DNA of 64,000 nucleotides, taken from NCBI GenBank assembly GCA_017962275.1, contig JAGCVQ010000028.1, forward strand, positions 3,740 to 67,739. Direction: 5' to 3'. This DNA comes from Bacteroidales bacterium. GTDB taxonomy: Bacteria > Bacteroidota > Bacteroidia > Bacteroidales > WCHB1-69. Below the pieces are notes generated by a model. It saw nothing but the letters and a program-made list of their open reading frames with translations. It searched no databases and was not told where the DNA came from. A program made the translations under genes and the position numbers. Shown piece after piece: positions 63,201 to 64,000 of the stretch; position 1 is the stretch's first letter, and each line of letters starts with the position of its first letter.

Positions 63201-64000
63201 CCAGATCATGAGCGATGTGACGTTTGTGTTCCGCAGCGGTCGTTTCATTTTCGTGGAGGACAACACCGCCGCCATGTTGGTTTACGACTACAACACGCCG
63301 GTGATCACCACCCAATACAACGAGGGTGATGTGATTTCGGGCGGCGTTTTCGGCAAATACACGCTTTATCAAGGTATGGTGGAGATGCTGCCGACACATA
63401 ATTCCGCCGCCGCCACGAGCACGGTCACGGTGACACCCGCTACCACCACCATCACCGATATCAAGAACCAGTACACCAATGTTTACGAATCCAAGTTGGT
63501 TCAATTGAACGATGTGGAATTCATCAACGCCACCACGTTTGTGCAGAACGGCGATACGATGGCCATCTTCAACCGCTTCAACACTGTCACCACGGATATC
63601 GCTGCTGGTGATGTGGCCGATGTGACCGGTTTTGTGAGCTATTCCACCAACTTCGGTTACCAGATTTATCCGCGCGGCAACAACGACATCAACATCCACC
63701 CGGTGGTGGTGATGGATACGGTGGCCACGCCCGTCTTCGATGTTTATCGTTCCGGCGAGTTCTATTTCATGAATCTCACTTGTGCCACCGACGGCGCGAG
63801 CATCTACTACACGTACGACGGCGCTGATCCCGACGAGAATGCCACCAGCTTCCAGTCCGATGTCCCGTTCCCGCTCAACGTCCATTACACCCTGAAGGCC
63901 ATCGCCATGAAAGAGGGTATGGTCAACAGCGAGATTGCGGTTTATGATTACGATCCCTCCGGCATTCTGGACTACTCCTTGCGTGACAACCTCACGGTGT
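60262..64000 (+). CDS. very large cell-surface protein, 3' partial (more than 1246 codons)
   Basis: I checked codon by codon that this frame has no stop from ATG 60262 to the window end. It has a signal peptide, a choice-of-anchor-J-like segment (ETWLTTPAI...GWEIDNI) and six repeats of the chitobiase/FN3-associated motif (IYYTTDGxxPT..STLYxAPF...VKA). It is absent from the ORF track, presumably because it has no stop in the window. Confidence 0.85.
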   Translation, partial: MKKNSILCSVITMCMMLFAFVGFAQINTNGGFESWTGTSPDGWYGSKSNIGTANVVKVDSGAHSGNNACMLVNTESGHKRFTTQAVHVDNGTQYVISFWVKGTGDIRVAMYDGRATGSGYSSYSAWSSIDGSTYQQFIDTLEAANTTNAAEFILSVRNTDDDDDNLIVDDVVITAVSNPNFVAEPTVTLSGNMHSANTYFSSATVTMSADNGASVYYTLDGTDPTTASTLYTAPFTLTQTTTLKAIAELNGNSSSVVTRNITILDLNPLFFENFETSGLNQMTVANVSGTYAWVTASYGGNTYAYANAYNQGATETWLTTPAITPLNAGGVVLTFSSAKNYTGPGIQVKYSTDYTGTGSPAAATWTDITSECDLSTGSWNWTESGDVEVAGVAPIYFAWVYTSEASAAAGWEIDNIMVLPGDAPVLTPALTITAPANGSQFSSLDTLPVGIEIQNFTLGTDGYLKVESPLLTAIGLTNPAYLDQMGLALLQQAVITPLPAGTHTVTCSLVDMNQAPLTPAVSATTTFTVTMPVLDAPVITAAGDEATGDNTFYFNATVTMAAGNDAAIYYTTDGTVPTDASTLYTAPFQVTATSTVKAIAVKANWQTSDVATLDVTITAPTVVTPVFTPGTGTYADSVTFTIATTTEGAAIRYTTDGSEPTATSTLYSAPITLTTTTTVKAKAFKDTWLDSETATAVYTVVYDPVLSVDVTALNFTSTQLSQTFTVSGAHLTDPITLTCNNTHFTVSPATISNPNSNTVVTVTFDGTEPATGTITVVSDTMSETIALTATAQLPAVVLDPATETSDSLITVTMSCTVTDAAIHYTTDGSEPTAASDVYSTPVVFSTPGTYTVKAVAVKTGWESSVVTTGTYTINEPPAPDTVLVPVITPSTDLYYEPQTVTIICATPDAVIRYTTDGTVPTESSTLYSAPFTVSATTTITAKAWKVNMIPSEAASVTISFPEQVANIAAFKAAAATNQERQIMSDVTFVFRSGRFIFVEDNTAAMLVYDYNTPVITTQYNEGDVISGGVFGKYTLYQGMVEMLPTHNSAAATSTVTVTPATTTITDIKNQYTNVYESKLVQLNDVEFINATTFVQNGDTMAIFNRFNTVTTDIAAGDVADVTGFVSYSTNFGYQIYPRGNNDINIHPVVVMDTVATPVFDVYRSGEFYFMNLTCATDGASIYYTYDGADPDENATSFQSDVPFPLNVHYTLKAIAMKEGMVNSEIAVYDYDPSGILDYSLRDNLTV

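Noticed and set aside
1-64000. tRNA, rRNA, tmRNA, RNase P or riboswitch genes
   Set aside because: Reading the intergenic regions, I recognised no cloverleaf-type sequence or known riboswitch core. Without a covariance-model scan, small RNAs cannot be excluded.

Overview
This window looks like a chromosomal segment of a Bacteroidota (Bacteroidales-like) genome. The evidence is TAnnTTTG -7 promoter boxes in front of most genes, T9SS C-terminal sorting domains, and the conserved bamD-rpoZ-coaBC-DUF4835-recN block. About 55 CDS are supported, and most are housekeeping: nrnA, three tandem FKBP lipoproteins, tex, recJ, dnaA, pcm, a purF-like gene, murG, mtgA, ltaE, dapA, recN, xseB and trmD. There is also a TolC-MFP-RND efflux operon and an MBOAT plus two SGNH O-acetylation module. 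Four accessory patches stand out. The first is a HicAB plus NYN islet at 22.4-23.8 kb. The second is a roughly 9 kb block at 28.9-38.1 kb, bracketed by a deleted and an intact dgkA copy; it carries transporters, an exported flavodoxin, an FMN reductase and a 1150-aa T9SS cargo. The third is a T9SS esterase sitting next to a yjbR-like remnant at about 45.3 kb. The fourth, at 57.7-64 kb, holds a PDDEXK (YhcG-like) gene, a DRWG-repeat secreted protein and a surface protein of more than 1246 aa that runs off the window. I recognised no rRNA, tRNA, CRISPR array, transposase or integrase, and I cannot point to a clear new protein-encoded system. The most unusual content is nucleic-acid structure. 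(1) A near-identical 30-nt palindrome sits in frame inside two unrelated T9SS sorting domains, and a related 28-nt perfect palindrome follows both dgkA copies. (2) An approximately 80-nt double-hairpin element family is present in at least 6 co-oriented copies, including every intercistronic gap of the RND operon. (3) Heptamer-periodic, stop-codon-bearing microsatellites lie directly 3' of many CDS. (4) Three helically phased repeat arrays (10-, 11- and 22-bp periods) lie upstream of promoters; those with 10- and 11-bp periods are dyad-symmetric and the 22-bp one is a direct tandem array. All functional interpretations of these structures are inference.
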